Shown: one piece after another, positions 1-9,706 of the stretch
Layout: every line of letters begins with the position of its first letter
How positions within the stretch are numbered: the stretch's first letter is position 1
Assembly (NCBI GenBank): GCA_945889015.1
Contig: CAMDBL010000001.1
Span: forward strand, 2,951-66,950
Origin: Devosia equisanguinis
Lineage (GTDB): Bacteria > Pseudomonadota > Alphaproteobacteria > Rhizobiales > Hyphomicrobiaceae
DNA: 64,000 bases
Direction of reading: 5' to 3'
Made by a program: the position numbers and the translations under genes
The notes under the pieces: generated by a model
What the model saw: the letters and a program-made list of their open reading frames with translations, nothing else
Told to the model about the DNA's origin: nothing
Database searches by the model: none

Positions 1-25
1 GTCGACCGGAAGCGGACGCAAACGC

Positions 26-2062
26 ATGGCCCAATCCTCCCGTGATCTCTCCGCCCGTGATCTCCATGCCAAGCTCGAGGTCGAGTTGAACGAAAAGCCG
101 CTGCGCGCTGCCACCCGCAAGACGACCGATGCGTCCGATAGCTATACCGCCGCCGACATCGAGGTGCTGGAAGGCCTGGAGCCGGTCCGGCGGCGACCCG
201 GCATGTATATCGGCGGCACCGACGAGAAGGCGCTGCACCACCTGTTCGCCGAAGTGATCGACAACTCGATGGACGAGGCCGTCGCCGGCCACGCAACCTG
301 GATCGAGGTGCGTCTCGATGCCGACGGCTTCCTGTCCGTCGCCGACAACGGCCGCGGCATCCCGATCGATCCGCACCCGAAATTTCCCAAGCAGTCCGCG
401 CTCGAAGTGATCATGTGCACGCTTCATTCCGGCGGAAAGTTCGACGGCAAGGCCTACCAGACTTCCGGCGGACTGCACGGCGTCGGCGTCTCGGTCGTCA
501 ATGCGCTGTCGGAGACTTGCGAGGTCGAGGTCGCGCGGGGCCAGCAACTCTACCGGATGGTGTTCTCGCGGGGGGCACCGCAGACCAAGCTCGAAAAGCT
601 CGGCTCGATCATGAACCGGCGCGGCACCAGGATCCGCTTCAAGCCGGACGAGCTGATCTTCGGCAAGGGCGCCGGCTTCAAGCCCGCCCGCCTGCTGACG
701 ATGGCGCGCTCCAAGGCCTACTTGTTCGGCGGCGTCGAGATCCGCTGGAGTTGCGATCCGAGCCTGATCAAGGACGAGACGCCGGCCGAGGCGGTGTTCC
801 ACTTCCCCGGCGGCCTCAAGGATTATTTGAGCGCCGAGATCGCCGGCCAGACCATGGTCACCAACTCCGTCTTCGGCGGCAACGTGCAGAAGGACGGCAA
901 ACACGGCTCGGTCGAGTGGGCCGTCGCCTGGATCTCGAGCGACGACGGCTTCAACAAGTCCTACTGCAACACCATCCCGACGGGCGAGGGCGGCACCCAC
1001 GAGGCGGGCTTCCGCCAAGCGCTCTACAAGGGGCTGAGAGCCTACGGCGAGTTGACCGGCAACAAGAAGGCGATCCAGATCGTCGCCGAGGACGTGATGA
1101 CTACCGCGGGCTGCATGCTGTCGGTGTTCATCCGCGAGCCGGAGTTCCAGGGCCAGACCAAGGACAAGCTCGCCACGCAAGAGGCGACGCGCATCGTCGA
1201 GAACACCGTGCGCGATGCGTTCGACCACTGGCTCGCCGACAGCCCCCAGCAGGCGACGAAGCTGCTCGAGTGGACCATCGAACAGGCCGAGGAGCGGCTG
1301 AAGCGTCGGCGCGAGAAGGAGATCGGCCGCCAGTCGGCGACGCGCAAGCTCAGGCTTCCCGGCAAGCTCGCGGATTGCTCGATCCAGACCGCAGCCGGCA
1401 CCGAGATCTTCATCGTCGAGGGCGACTCGGCCGGTGGCAGCGCCAAGAGTGCCCGCGATCGCGAGACGCAGGCCATCCTGCCGTTGCGCGGCAAGATCTT
1501 GAACGTCGCCAACGCCACCTCGGCCAAGCTCGCCCAGAACCAGCAGCTCGCCGACCTGATCCAGGCGCTGGGCGTCGGAACGGGCGGCAAGTATCGCGAC
1601 GACGACCTGCGCTACGAGCGCGTGATCGTGATGACCGACGCCGACATCGACGGCGCCCATATCGCCTCTTTGCTGATCACGTTCTTCTACCAGGAGATGC
1701 CCGAGCTGATCGAGCAGGGCCATCTGTTCCTCGCCGTGCCGCCACTGTTCAAGCTGAAGCAGGGCACGCGCCATGCCTACGCGCTCGACGAGAAGCACCG
1801 TGACCAGTTGATCGCGAGCGACTTCAAGACCAATCAGAAGGTCGAGATCCAGCGCTTCAAGGGTCTCGGCGAGATGAACGCCTCCGAACTCAAGGAGACG
1901 ACGATGAACCGTGCCAATCGCCGCCTGCTGAAGGTGGAGATCGGCGAGGGTGACAAAAGCGCGATCGCGGAAGCGGTCAACGCGCTGATGGGCTCCAAGC
2001 CCGAGGCACGGTTCCGCTTCATCCAGGAGCGTGCCGCATTCGCGCGGGATCTGGACGTTTAG
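26..2062 (+). CDS. parE: DNA topoisomerase IV subunit B
   Basis: 678-aa ORF. GHKL ATPase motifs (EVIDNSMDEA, ADNGRGIP, GGLHGVG), Toprim EGDSAGGS and PLRGKILNV. The size fits alphaproteobacterial ParE rather than the longer GyrB. Confidence 0.9.
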   Translation: MAQSSRDLSARDLHAKLEVELNEKPLRAATRKTTDASDSYTAADIEVLEGLEPVRRRPGMYIGGTDEKALHHLFAEVIDNSMDEAVAGHATWIEVRLDADGFLSVADNGRGIPIDPHPKFPKQSALEVIMCTLHSGGKFDGKAYQTSGGLHGVGVSVVNALSETCEVEVARGQQLYRMVFSRGAPQTKLEKLGSIMNRRGTRIRFKPDELIFGKGAGFKPARLLTMARSKAYLFGGVEIRWSCDPSLIKDETPAEAVFHFPGGLKDYLSAEIAGQTMVTNSVFGGNVQKDGKHGSVEWAVAWISSDDGFNKSYCNTIPTGEGGTHEAGFRQALYKGLRAYGELTGNKKAIQIVAEDVMTTAGCMLSVFIREPEFQGQTKDKLATQEATRIVENTVRDAFDHWLADSPQQATKLLEWTIEQAEERLKRRREKEIGRQSATRKLRLPGKLADCSIQTAAGTEIFIVEGDSAGGSAKSARDRETQAILPLRGKILNVANATSAKLAQNQQLADLIQALGVGTGGKYRDDDLRYERVIVMTDADIDGAHIASLLITFFYQEMPELIEQGHLFLAVPPLFKLKQGTRHAYALDEKHRDQLIASDFKTNQKVEIQRFKGLGEMNASELKETTMNRANRRLLKVEIGEGDKSAIAEAVNALMGSKPEARFRFIQERAAFARDLDV

Positions 2063-2162
2063 GTCCTATTGTTTTGTCCGAGCCCGAGGGTATCCCACAC
2101 TGGGGTGGGGGCCCGGGGCCGTTCATTCGAATGCGTCCTAAGACGCCATCGCGGCCGTTGCA

Positions 2163-3800
2163 TCACCCCGCCAGCACGATCGGCTCGGGTGCCTGCTTGC
2201 CGCGGATCATGTCGGCGGCTTTCTCGGCGATCATCATGGTCGAGGCGTTGAGGTTGGCCGAGATCATCCGGGGCATGACGGAGGCGTCGACCACGCGCAG
2301 GCCCTGCATGCCGTGCACGCGCAGTTGATCATCCACCACGTTCAGCGCGTTCGACGCCGGCCCCATCCGGCAGGTGCAGGCGGGGTGGAACACGGTCTGC
2401 GCATTCTTGACGCCGGCGGCCAGGATCTCGTCGTCGCTCTGGACGTTTTTTCCAGGATAGTCTTCCTTGACGACCCAGGGCGAAAGCGCCTTCCCTGATA
2501 GCAGTCGGCGCGACAGCTTGATCGAGGCGATGAACACGCGCCGATCGATCTCCTCGCCGAGATAGTTCGACTGGATCGCAGGGGCCTGCCAGGGATCGGA
2601 CGACTTGATCCTGACGTGTCCGCGGCTTTCAGGCCGGTGCTGCCAGGCCGCGCAGGTGATGGCAGGCACGTCGTCGAGACGGCCGAGCTGGCCTTCCTTG
2701 TAGCTCGCCGGCGTGAAGATGATCTGCAAATCCTCCCCCTCCGGCGTGACGCCCGAGTTCCAGAACGCCAGCACCAGCGAGGGCTGCAGCGACAGCACGC
2801 CCTTGCGCGTGAACGCGTACTTCATCGCCTCGCCGACGAGACGCAGGCCGCGCGCGGTCTCGTTGATCGTTGTCACGTCCTTGACGCGGGCGACGACGCG
2901 GGAAGTGTAGTGGTCCTGCAACCCCTCGCCGACGCCGGCCAGCGCATGTTTCACCTCGATGCCGTGCGACTTCAGCACGTCGGAAGGTCCGATTCCCGAC
3001 AGCTGCAGGATCTGCGGCGAGTTATAGGCGCCGCCCGACAGGATCACCTCGCGCCGCACACGGATCTCGGTCGGCGCGCCCTGATTGCCGTCGCGGGCAT
3101 AGGTGATGCCGACCGCGCGCTTGCCCTCGAGCACCAGCCCGAGCACGTGCGCGTGCGTGATCACGCGGAGGTTCTGCCGCTTCATCGCGGGATGCAGGAA
3201 CGCGCGCGCGGCGCTCCAGCGGCGCCCCTTGGCGATGGTGCGCTGCGAGTAGGAAACGCCGATCTGTGTCGCGCCGTTGTAGTCGGGATTGAAGGGCATC
3301 CCTTCGGCCTTGCAGCTCTCGACGAACGCCTCGCACAGCGGATGGCGCCAGTCGTAGTCGGTGACCTTGAGCTCGCCGCCCCGGCCGCGGAACGTATCGT
3401 CACCCTCGCCCTCGCGGTCTTCCATCCGCTTGAAGTAGGGCAGGATATCCGCATACCCCCAGCCGCGATTGCCGATCTGCGCCCAGGTGTCGAAGTCGCG
3501 GCGCTGGCCGCGATTGTAGATGTGGCCGTTGATCGAGGACGAGCCGCCGAGCGTCTTGCCGCGCGGCGCCATCACGGCGCGCCCGCCTGTGTAGGGGCCG
3601 ACCTCTTGGGCGTAGCACCAGTTCACGCGGGGGTCGTAGGTGGTCTTGATGAATCCGGCGGGCAGGTGGATGTAGGGATGCCAGTCCGACGGGCCGGCCT
3701 CGAGGACGCACACAGAGACGTTGGGATCCTCGCTCAGCCGGTTGGCCAGCACCGAGCCCGCCGATCCCGCGCCGACGATCACGTAATCGTAGGTTTCCAT
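2163..3800 (-). CDS. GMC family FAD-dependent oxidoreductase (choline dehydrogenase-like)
   Basis: ORF 2163..3854. Start moved to ATG 3800, which has a GAGGACGGGG Shine-Dalgarno-like sequence upstream. This gives METYDYVIVGAGSAGSVLANRLSED, with the N-terminal GxGxxG typical of GMC enzymes. The C-terminal GMC-type HPACTCRMG region is present. Confidence 0.85.
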   Translation of the reverse strand: METYDYVIVGAGSAGSVLANRLSEDPNVSVCVLEAGPSDWHPYIHLPAGFIKTTYDPRVNWCYAQEVGPYTGGRAVMAPRGKTLGGSSSINGHIYNRGQRRDFDTWAQIGNRGWGYADILPYFKRMEDREGEGDDTFRGRGGELKVTDYDWRHPLCEAFVESCKAEGMPFNPDYNGATQIGVSYSQRTIAKGRRWSAARAFLHPAMKRQNLRVITHAHVLGLVLEGKRAVGITYARDGNQGAPTEIRVRREVILSGGAYNSPQILQLSGIGPSDVLKSHGIEVKHALAGVGEGLQDHYTSRVVARVKDVTTINETARGLRLVGEAMKYAFTRKGVLSLQPSLVLAFWNSGVTPEGEDLQIIFTPASYKEGQLGRLDDVPAITCAAWQHRPESRGHVRIKSSDPWQAPAIQSNYLGEEIDRRVFIASIKLSRRLLSGKALSPWVVKEDYPGKNVQSDDEILAAGVKNAQTVFHPACTCRMGPASNALNVVDDQLRVHGMQGLRVVDASVMPRMISANLNASTMMIAEKAADMIRGKQAPEPIVLAG

Positions 3801-4154
3801 CCCCGTCCTCGTTGTTTTCTCGGTCGCGATCTCGCGCGTTCCCGCCTCGCTCAAGTCATAGTCGAGGCCTCTTGCTCATACCAGCGGCCGCCGCGCGGCC
3901 CGCTCATGCAGTCCCCGCACGGGGCGAAACGGCCGGGTTGAGGTGGTAGGCCAAATTGTCTCAGGTCTCTAGCGGGATAGAGGCATCTTCTAATAAGTAG
4001 CGCGAGCAGTGATCGATCCCTGGACGGATCTTCGCTCGCCACGCAGGTCTCGCCTGCGACGACAGCGGCGCGCGGCGTCGCCACTCCGCAGCCGGCTCGC
4101 CGATGCCTCGCATCGCTCCGCCGGACTGTCGCGCAACAAGGACAAACCCTGGAG

Positions 4155-4697
4155 ATGACGATGAAGAAGCGGCTTGTTACCGCGTATTTCGCCGCGGCGA
4201 TGATGTTGGCGGGAGGCTTCGTGGCCGATGGCGCAGAGGCGCGCCGCGGGGATGGTGGCGGCAGCAGTGCCTCCCGGTCGTGCCTCACCGGCGCGGCGCG
4301 CAGTCTGCTCAACCGCATCGAGAGCCAGTTCGGCACGATGCAGGTCATCTCGACCTGCCGGCCGGGTGCGCGCATCGCAGGCAGTGGCCGGGTCTCGAAA
4401 CATGCGAGCGGCAACGCAGTGGACTTCAACGCCGGCGGCCGCAAGGGCGCGGTCATCCGCTGGCTCGTCGCCAATCATCGCAGCGGCGGCACGATGACGT
4501 ACTCGCACTCATCGCACATCCACGTCGACGTCGGGCAGCACTTCGTCTCGCTGTCTGGCAGCCGCACGCGCGTCGCCTCGGCGCGTCGTTCTCGCGGCAC
4601 GCGTACGGCTACCTACAGCCGAGCCTCGCGCAGGGTGACGGCCGAGGCCGCGCAGGCCAGCAGTTGGCGGCCGGAAATGGCGATTGGCAGCCGCTGA
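4155..4697 (+). CDS. secreted peptidase M15A / YcbK-like zinc metallopeptidase family protein
   Basis: Signal-peptide-like N-terminus (KKRLVTAYFAAAMMLAGGFVADGAEA). Zinc-ligand-like motifs SKHASGNAVDF and HSSHIHVD. The R/S-rich C-terminal tail has uncertain significance. Confidence 0.6.
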   Translation: MTMKKRLVTAYFAAAMMLAGGFVADGAEARRGDGGGSSASRSCLTGAARSLLNRIESQFGTMQVISTCRPGARIAGSGRVSKHASGNAVDFNAGGRKGAVIRWLVANHRSGGTMTYSHSSHIHVDVGQHFVSLSGSRTRVASARRSRGTRTATYSRASRRVTAEAAQASSWRPEMAIGSR

Positions 4698-4752
4698 CGC
4701 TCAGTAACACCAGGAGCGGCGGTAGCGGGCTTTGGCCTGCCACCGCCTCTCG

Positions 4753-5484
4753 TCACGCGGAGCGCCTCAAAACGTTGACGCGGCTGACCGTGGTGAACAT
4801 CAGCTTGCCGCCTTCATGCTCGGCGGCGGCGTGAAAACGCCGGTCGATCTCGTCCTTGTGCTGCTCGAACAGCACGCCGCGATGGGGATCGTGGCCGATC
4901 TGGCCGTCGCGCCACTCCTGGATGCTGGAGAAGCCGCGGCGGGCCCGGTAGAGCCGCTCGATCTCCGGTTTCAGGCCAGTGACACGGTGCAGCGAGCGCC
5001 ACGCCTCGCCGCGGATCTCGGTCTCGTCGTTGACGAGGCGCGTCGCCTCGAAAAACGTTCCCGCCGGCACCGGCTCCATGACATAGACGAGGCCACCCGG
5101 CTTCACCACGCGGGCCGCCTCGGCCATCGCCGCGTCCATGCCGGGGATGTGGTGCAGCGAGTTCGAGAACACGACGACATCGAAGCTGCCGTCCGCGAAC
5201 GGCATCTTCTCCGCTTCGCCGACGCGGAAATCGGCGTCGATCCCCTTGGCCTTGGCGGCGGCCTTGGCCTCCTCGATGCAGGCGGCCTTTGGGTCGAGGC
5301 CTGCAACGCGCTCGAACATCGGCGCGATCAGCCAGGTGAAGGTTCCAGCGCCGCAGCCGACGTCGAGCACGCTCCGGCCCTTGCCGCCGAGCAACTCGCG
5401 CGCGATGTCGGCGTGGCCCGAAATGGACAAGGCCGCGATCTCGGTGGCGTTCGGATTCATGGCGCGGCGCATGGCTTCGGTCAT
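4753..5484 (-). CDS. class I SAM-dependent methyltransferase
   Basis: C-terminal 243 aa of ORF 4753..5871. Start set to ATG 5484 (MTEAMRRAM). SAM motif I VLDVGCGAGT, then DVVVFSNSLHH and VKPGGLVYV. The upstream 129 aa are Arg/His-rich GC artefact. Confidence 0.8.
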   Translation of the reverse strand: MTEAMRRAMNPNATEIAALSISGHADIARELLGGKGRSVLDVGCGAGTFTWLIAPMFERVAGLDPKAACIEEAKAAAKAKGIDADFRVGEAEKMPFADGSFDVVVFSNSLHHIPGMDAAMAEAARVVKPGGLVYVMEPVPAGTFFEATRLVNDETEIRGEAWRSLHRVTGLKPEIERLYRARRGFSSIQEWRDGQIGHDPHRGVLFEQHKDEIDRRFHAAAEHEGGKLMFTTVSRVNVLRRSA

Positions 5485-5537
5485 GTGGGGCTCCGATGGG
5501 GGAGATGCCCGGCAAGTGCCGGACATCTTCAGGTCGC

Positions 5538-6317
5538 TCAATCGATCAGTGCCACCGCGCGGGTCCAGGCGCCGGAGGCCTTCTTGATCTTGAAGGGGAA
5601 GCAGGCGACCGTGAAGCCCTTGTCTGGCAGCTTCTCGAGGTGCTGCAGCTTCTCCATGTGGCAGTAGGGCTGCTCGATGCCGGCGTAATGCCCCTCCCAG
5701 ATGATCTTGGGATCGTGGGTCTTTTCCCAGGCCTTGGCCATGTGATGGAACGGCGCGTCCCAGCCCCAGGCGTCGATGCCGCATACGCGCACGCCGCGCG
5801 AGGTCAGCCACAGCGTCGCCTCGCGGCCGATGCCGATGCCGGCGGTCAGATACTCGGGCGAGCCGATGCACTCGGACGCGCGCGTGTTGACGAGCACGAT
5901 GTCGAGCGGCTTCAGCTCATGGCCGATGCGCTTGATCTCGGCTTCCATCTCGGCGGCGGAGACGACGTGGCCGTCCGGCAGCTTGCGGAAGTCCAGCTTG
6001 ATGCCGGGACGGAAGCACCAATCGAGTGGCACCTCGTCGATAGTCATCATCGGCTTGCCGGTCTTGTCCTTGGAATGGAAGTGGTAGGGTGCGTCGAGAT
6101 GCGTGCCGTTGTGGGTGACGAGCGTGATCTTTTCCCACGACCAGGCCTCGCCATCGGGCAAGTCGGAGACCTTCAGGCCAGGGAAGAACTTGCAGACGTC
6201 CTCGGCGGTGCCCTTGTTGTCGACGTACTCGATCTTGGGACGCATGATGTCGTGGTCCATCACGGTCTCGTTGTCGAGCGTCGACGAGATATCGATGATC
6301 TTCGATGGCATCTGCAT
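5538..6317 (-). CDS. cyclase family protein (kynurenine formamidase-like fold)
   Basis: ORF 5538..6371, with start probably MQMPSKIID. HxGTHxDxPxH motif (THNGTHLDAPYHF) of the putative cyclase family. Confidence 0.8.
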   Translation of the reverse strand: MQMPSKIIDISSTLDNETVMDHDIMRPKIEYVDNKGTAEDVCKFFPGLKVSDLPDGEAWSWEKITLVTHNGTHLDAPYHFHSKDKTGKPMMTIDEVPLDWCFRPGIKLDFRKLPDGHVVSAAEMEAEIKRIGHELKPLDIVLVNTRASECIGSPEYLTAGIGIGREATLWLTSRGVRVCGIDAWGWDAPFHHMAKAWEKTHDPKIIWEGHYAGIEQPYCHMEKLQHLEKLPDKGFTVACFPFKIKKASGAWTRAVALID

Positions 6318-6449
6318 GTGGCGTCTCCTCGTGTCCGGCCGTTCGCGAGCTTGGATCGCAGGTGCCATCATGTGGGCGGAGTGTCAATGGAGGCGGTCGC
6401 GGTGCATGACAGCCTCGCCGCCTGCGGGAGGCCGGCCGCCGGGAACGCT

Positions 6450-6650
6450 TCAGCGGCCGCTGCGGCCAGGAGGCAGGCCGAACTGGCGGACGACGCGGGC
6501 AGAGGCCTGATTGCGGCGGGCGGCGGCGGACTTGCGCGACCGCGACAGAGACAGAACGACGTAGGCGAGCCAGAATGCGACTGCGCCGATAACGACTGTG
6601 CCGAAATCGGACATCATGGCGTTCAGATTTGACACGGCATCATACAACAT
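6450..6650 (-). CDS. small hypothetical membrane protein
   Basis: Internal ATG of ORF 6450..6785 gives a 66-aa product, MLYDAVSNLNAMMSDFGTVVIGAVAFWLAYVVLSL..., with one hydrophobic helix and a basic tail. Third-position GC bias is moderate. No family recognised. Confidence 0.3.
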   Translation of the reverse strand: MLYDAVSNLNAMMSDFGTVVIGAVAFWLAYVVLSLSRSRKSAAARRNQASARVVRQFGLPPGRSGR

Positions 6651-6808
6651 TGGCGTGGACTCTGGTTTCGACGGAGGTAACGTTTCACAAACCATGCCGG
6701 GACATGACGCTGGCGCCCCGTTTTGGCAAAGACGGGACGCCTGAAACGCTTCATGGTTTACGGTCGGCCTCGCGGAGCAATTCAATGGGTGGTGTGGAGG
6801 GTACGGGC

Positions 6809-7228
6809 ATGCGGGTGCGCCCGGCGTCCGCCGGCGACCGGGGCGCCGTGATCGCGCTGTGGCAGCGTTGTGGGTTGACCGTCGCCTATAACGATCCAGG
6901 CAAGGACTTCGATTTCGCGCTGGGCATGCCCGCCTCGGACGTTCTCGTGGGCGAGGTCGAGGGTGCGATCGCCGCCGCCGTCATGGTCGGCCACGACGGC
7001 CACCGCGGCTGGCTTTACTATGTCGGCGTCGATCCTGAACGCCGCGATCAAGGGCTCGGTGCGGTCATCGTGCGGGCCGGCGAGGTGTGGTTGACGGCGC
7101 GCGGCGTGCCCAAGGTGATGCTGATGGTGCGGGAAACCAATACCGTCGCCGAAGGCTTCTACCACGCCATCGGCTACGAGACCGCGCCGCGCATCGTCCT
7201 GCAGAAGTGGCTGCCGCCGCAGCCGTGA
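6809..7228 (+). CDS. GNAT family N-acetyltransferase
   Basis: ATG 6809 (MRVRPASAGD) within ORF 6629..7228. Acetyl-CoA motif region VGVDPERRDQGLGAVIV. YpeA-like size of 139 aa. Confidence 0.8.
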   Translation: MRVRPASAGDRGAVIALWQRCGLTVAYNDPGKDFDFALGMPASDVLVGEVEGAIAAAVMVGHDGHRGWLYYVGVDPERRDQGLGAVIVRAGEVWLTARGVPKVMLMVRETNTVAEGFYHAIGYETAPRIVLQKWLPPQP

Positions 7229-7243
7229 GTCAGGGATGTCTGG

Positions 7244-7510
7244 TTACTGCATATTAGTGAACGCGCGCGCGTTCGGGCAGAAGCCGGGGACGCTCGTATC
7301 GTCGGTGGCGTGCTCGGCGAGCCAAGCCCGGCAGGCTCGGTCGAGGCTGCATTCCAGGCACCGCGTGCGCGCCTCGTACCAGCTACGACCTGCGTCGCGG
7401 CGGATCAGCTCCACCGGCGGCAGGCGGGCATGGCGGAGCATCTCGTCCATGCGCTCAGCCCTGGCCGCGACCCGCTCGAAGATCGGAAAGCCGTAGGACG
7501 GGTCGCTCAT
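7244..7510 (-). CDS. small Cys-motif protein (DUF6455-like)
   Basis: ATG 7510 (MSDPSYGF) within ORF 7244..7651. CLECSLDRACRAWL motif, as I recall it for DUF6455-type proteins. Confidence 0.55.
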   Translation of the reverse strand: MSDPSYGFPIFERVAARAERMDEMLRHARLPPVELIRRDAGRSWYEARTRCLECSLDRACRAWLAEHATDDTSVPGFCPNARAFTNMQ

Positions 7511-7670
7511 CGCTGCCTCCCTGACCGTGCACGTCACGCGTGGGACGAGAGCGTGCACGCCGTCCGACGTTACGGGTTGATCACGATCAAGAAGACGGGT
7601 GCAGCGCGTTGTCTCACGGTTTGTGCTGGCGCCAGGTACAACGCTGCGCACAAAAATTTGGCGTGGCCGT

Positions 7671-8114
7671 TTAGCCGTCCTTCCGCCCGACGATCCGCAT
7701 GCGGCCCTGCACGATGGCGACGACGACGTCGTCCTTCTCGCGCCACAGACGGGTGTCGTAGAGGCCGGTGCGGCCCTGCCGATAGGTTTCCTTGGCCTCG
7801 GAGATCAGCACGTCGCCGATCTCGACGGGAGCGAGGAAATCCATCGTCGAGCCGGCGGTGACCGAGCGCACGCCCGCGGCATTGCAGGTGAAGCCGAAGG
7901 TGAGATCGGCGAGCGTGAAGATCAGCCCACCGTGGAAATAATTGAAGCTGTTGCCGTGCTCGGGACGCACGGTCATTCGCAGTCGCGTACGGCCAGGCTC
8001 CGCGTCGACGATCTCGCAGCCGAGAAATTTCCAGACGGCGTTGCGGTTGGCGAGCCATTGCACGGCCTCGCGCCGGTCCGTCAGCTTGCTGATTTCATCC
8101 TGGCCGCGGATCAT
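7671..8114 (-). CDS. PaaI family hotdog-fold thioesterase
   Basis: 147 aa. The NSFNYFHGGLIFTLAD motif is typical of PaaI/YigI thioesterases. Confidence 0.8.
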   Translation of the reverse strand: MIRGQDEISKLTDRREAVQWLANRNAVWKFLGCEIVDAEPGRTRLRMTVRPEHGNSFNYFHGGLIFTLADLTFGFTCNAAGVRSVTAGSTMDFLAPVEIGDVLISEAKETYRQGRTGLYDTRLWREKDDVVVAIVQGRMRIVGRKDG

Positions 8115-8155
8115 GAGTGGCGTGGTCCTTGTGGATGCTGAATTGCAGTGCAGGG

Positions 8156-8205
8156 GAAATCGGAAATCGGAAAGGCGTCACATGCGATTTCCGATCTCCG
8201 ATTTC
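8156..8205 (-). terminator. imperfect 19-bp inverted repeat (candidate terminator/attenuator)
   Basis: GAAATCGGAAATCGGAAAG (8156-8174) pairs with ATTTCCGATCTCCGATTTC (8187-8205) with one mismatch. It lies between the stop of the 8212..9096 gene and the start of the PaaI gene. No U-run follows on the minus strand. Confidence 0.3.
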
Positions 8206-8211
8206 AGTCTT

Positions 8212-9096
8212 CTACTTCTTGTCCGCGTGATTGAGGCGGGCCAGCAGCGAGGACGTATCCCAGCGCTTGCCGCCGATCTTCTGGACCTCGCAATAGAACT
8301 GATCGACGAGGGCGGCCACGGGCAGGCTCGCACCGTTGCGGCGGGCCTCGTCCATGCAGATGGCGAGATCCTTGCGCATCCAGTCGACGGCAAAGCCGAA
8401 GTCGTACTTGCCGTCTTTCATCGTCTTCCAGCGATTGTCCATCTGCCAGGAGCCGGCGGCACCCTTGGAGATCGTCTCCATCACGGCGGTGATGTCGAGG
8501 CCGGCCTTCTCGGCCATGTGCATGCCCTCTGCGAGCCCCTGGACGACGCCGGCGATGCAGATCTGGTTGACCATCTTGGTGAGCTGGCCCGCGCCCGGTC
8601 CGCCGATCAGTGTGACCATTCGGGCGTAGTGGTCGATCACGGGCTTTGCCCTGTCGAACACGGCCTTGTCGCCGCCGACCATCACGGTCAGCACGCCGTT
8701 CTTGGCGCCGGCCTCGCCGCCGGAGACGGGGGCGTCGAGGAAGTCGAAGCCCTTGGCCTTGGCGGCCTCGTGCAGCTCGCGGGCGACGTTGGCGGAGGCG
8801 GTGGTGTTGTCGATGAAGACGGCGCCCTTGGCGACGGACTCGAACGCGCCTGATTTGCCCGTCGTCACCGAGCGCAGGTCGTCGTCGTTGCCGACACAGC
8901 AGAATACGTACTCGGCGCCCTTGGCGGCCTCGGCCGGTGTCGCGGCGGTGCGGCCGGCACCGTGTTCCTTGACCCACTGCTCGGCCTTGGCGGCGGTACG
9001 GTTGTAGACGACGAGGTCGTGGCCGCCCTTCTTGAGGATGTGTCCGGCCATGGGGTAGCCCATGACGCCCAGTCCGATCCAAGCAACCTTGGCCAT
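8212..9096 (-). CDS. NAD(P)-dependent oxidoreductase, 3-hydroxyisobutyrate dehydrogenase family
   Basis: ATG 9096 (MAKVAWIGLGVMGYPMAGH, a GxGxxG Rossmann motif) within ORF 8212..9180. Contains DAPVSGG and the conserved 6PGDH-like C-terminal domain. Confidence 0.85.
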   Translation of the reverse strand: MAKVAWIGLGVMGYPMAGHILKKGGHDLVVYNRTAAKAEQWVKEHGAGRTAATPAEAAKGAEYVFCCVGNDDDLRSVTTGKSGAFESVAKGAVFIDNTTASANVARELHEAAKAKGFDFLDAPVSGGEAGAKNGVLTVMVGGDKAVFDRAKPVIDHYARMVTLIGGPGAGQLTKMVNQICIAGVVQGLAEGMHMAEKAGLDITAVMETISKGAAGSWQMDNRWKTMKDGKYDFGFAVDWMRKDLAICMDEARRNGASLPVAALVDQFYCEVQKIGGKRWDTSSLLARLNHADKK

Positions 9097-9220
9097 CGCC
9101 GCTCTCCCTTTATGATTGTTCCCGCGAGCCGGTTTTATCGGATGGCGGGGCCGCCTGCGCAAGCAAAACGGGAGGCGCAAAGGCCTCCCGTCACGTGATC
9201 ATGGGGCCGTGGGGCCGCCC

Positions 9221-9523
9221 TCAGCGGCAGGGGCGGGCGGTCATCACGCACTTGGCCTGCAGGATGGCACCGACGGCGCAATCCATCTTGACGCTCGTCG
9301 CCTTGGCGACGTTGGCGAAGCGGTGGCCGTAGGATTTACGCACCTTCGCCTGCCAATCGATGGTCGCCGCGGTCCTGGCGCTTTCGGTGCCGAGGCCCGC
9401 GAGGCCCTGGCCGGTGCCGGTTCCCGCAACGCGGGCCCTGCAGCTGGCGGCACTGGCGTCCCCGGCGCTGAGGCCGATGACGGCGACGGCGGCTGCCATG
9501 GCGAGAAAATGGATCTTGGTCAT
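9221..9523 (-). CDS. small secreted Cys-containing hypothetical protein
   Basis: ATG 9523 gives MTKIHFLAMAAAVAVIGLSAGDASA (signal peptide) plus a roughly 75-aa mature part with 4 Cys. Confidence 0.5.
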   Translation of the reverse strand: MTKIHFLAMAAAVAVIGLSAGDASAASCRARVAGTGTGQGLAGLGTESARTAATIDWQAKVRKSYGHRFANVAKATSVKMDCAVGAILQAKCVMTARPCR

Positions 9524-9706
9524 GTGTTTCCTTCCCCTGAACGGTGTGTGACGGTTCATCATGCCATGATCGCGAGGCGCCTGCCAATGGAGCCGACGGC
9601 AGGCTCGGCGGGAGAACGTCGTGTCGTCGCGCTCGAGCGTTTCCAGGCGGGGGCTCGTTCTGAGCCGAGCCTGCCTTCAGTTGCGTGAGCTTGCGTCGCC
9701 CGCCGC

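Noticed and set aside
3975-3995. TTCTAA half-site in the AT-rich divergent promoter region, considered as an iron control element (Irr box).
   Set aside because: Only one half of the TTTAGAA-N3-TTCTAAA-type palindrome is present.
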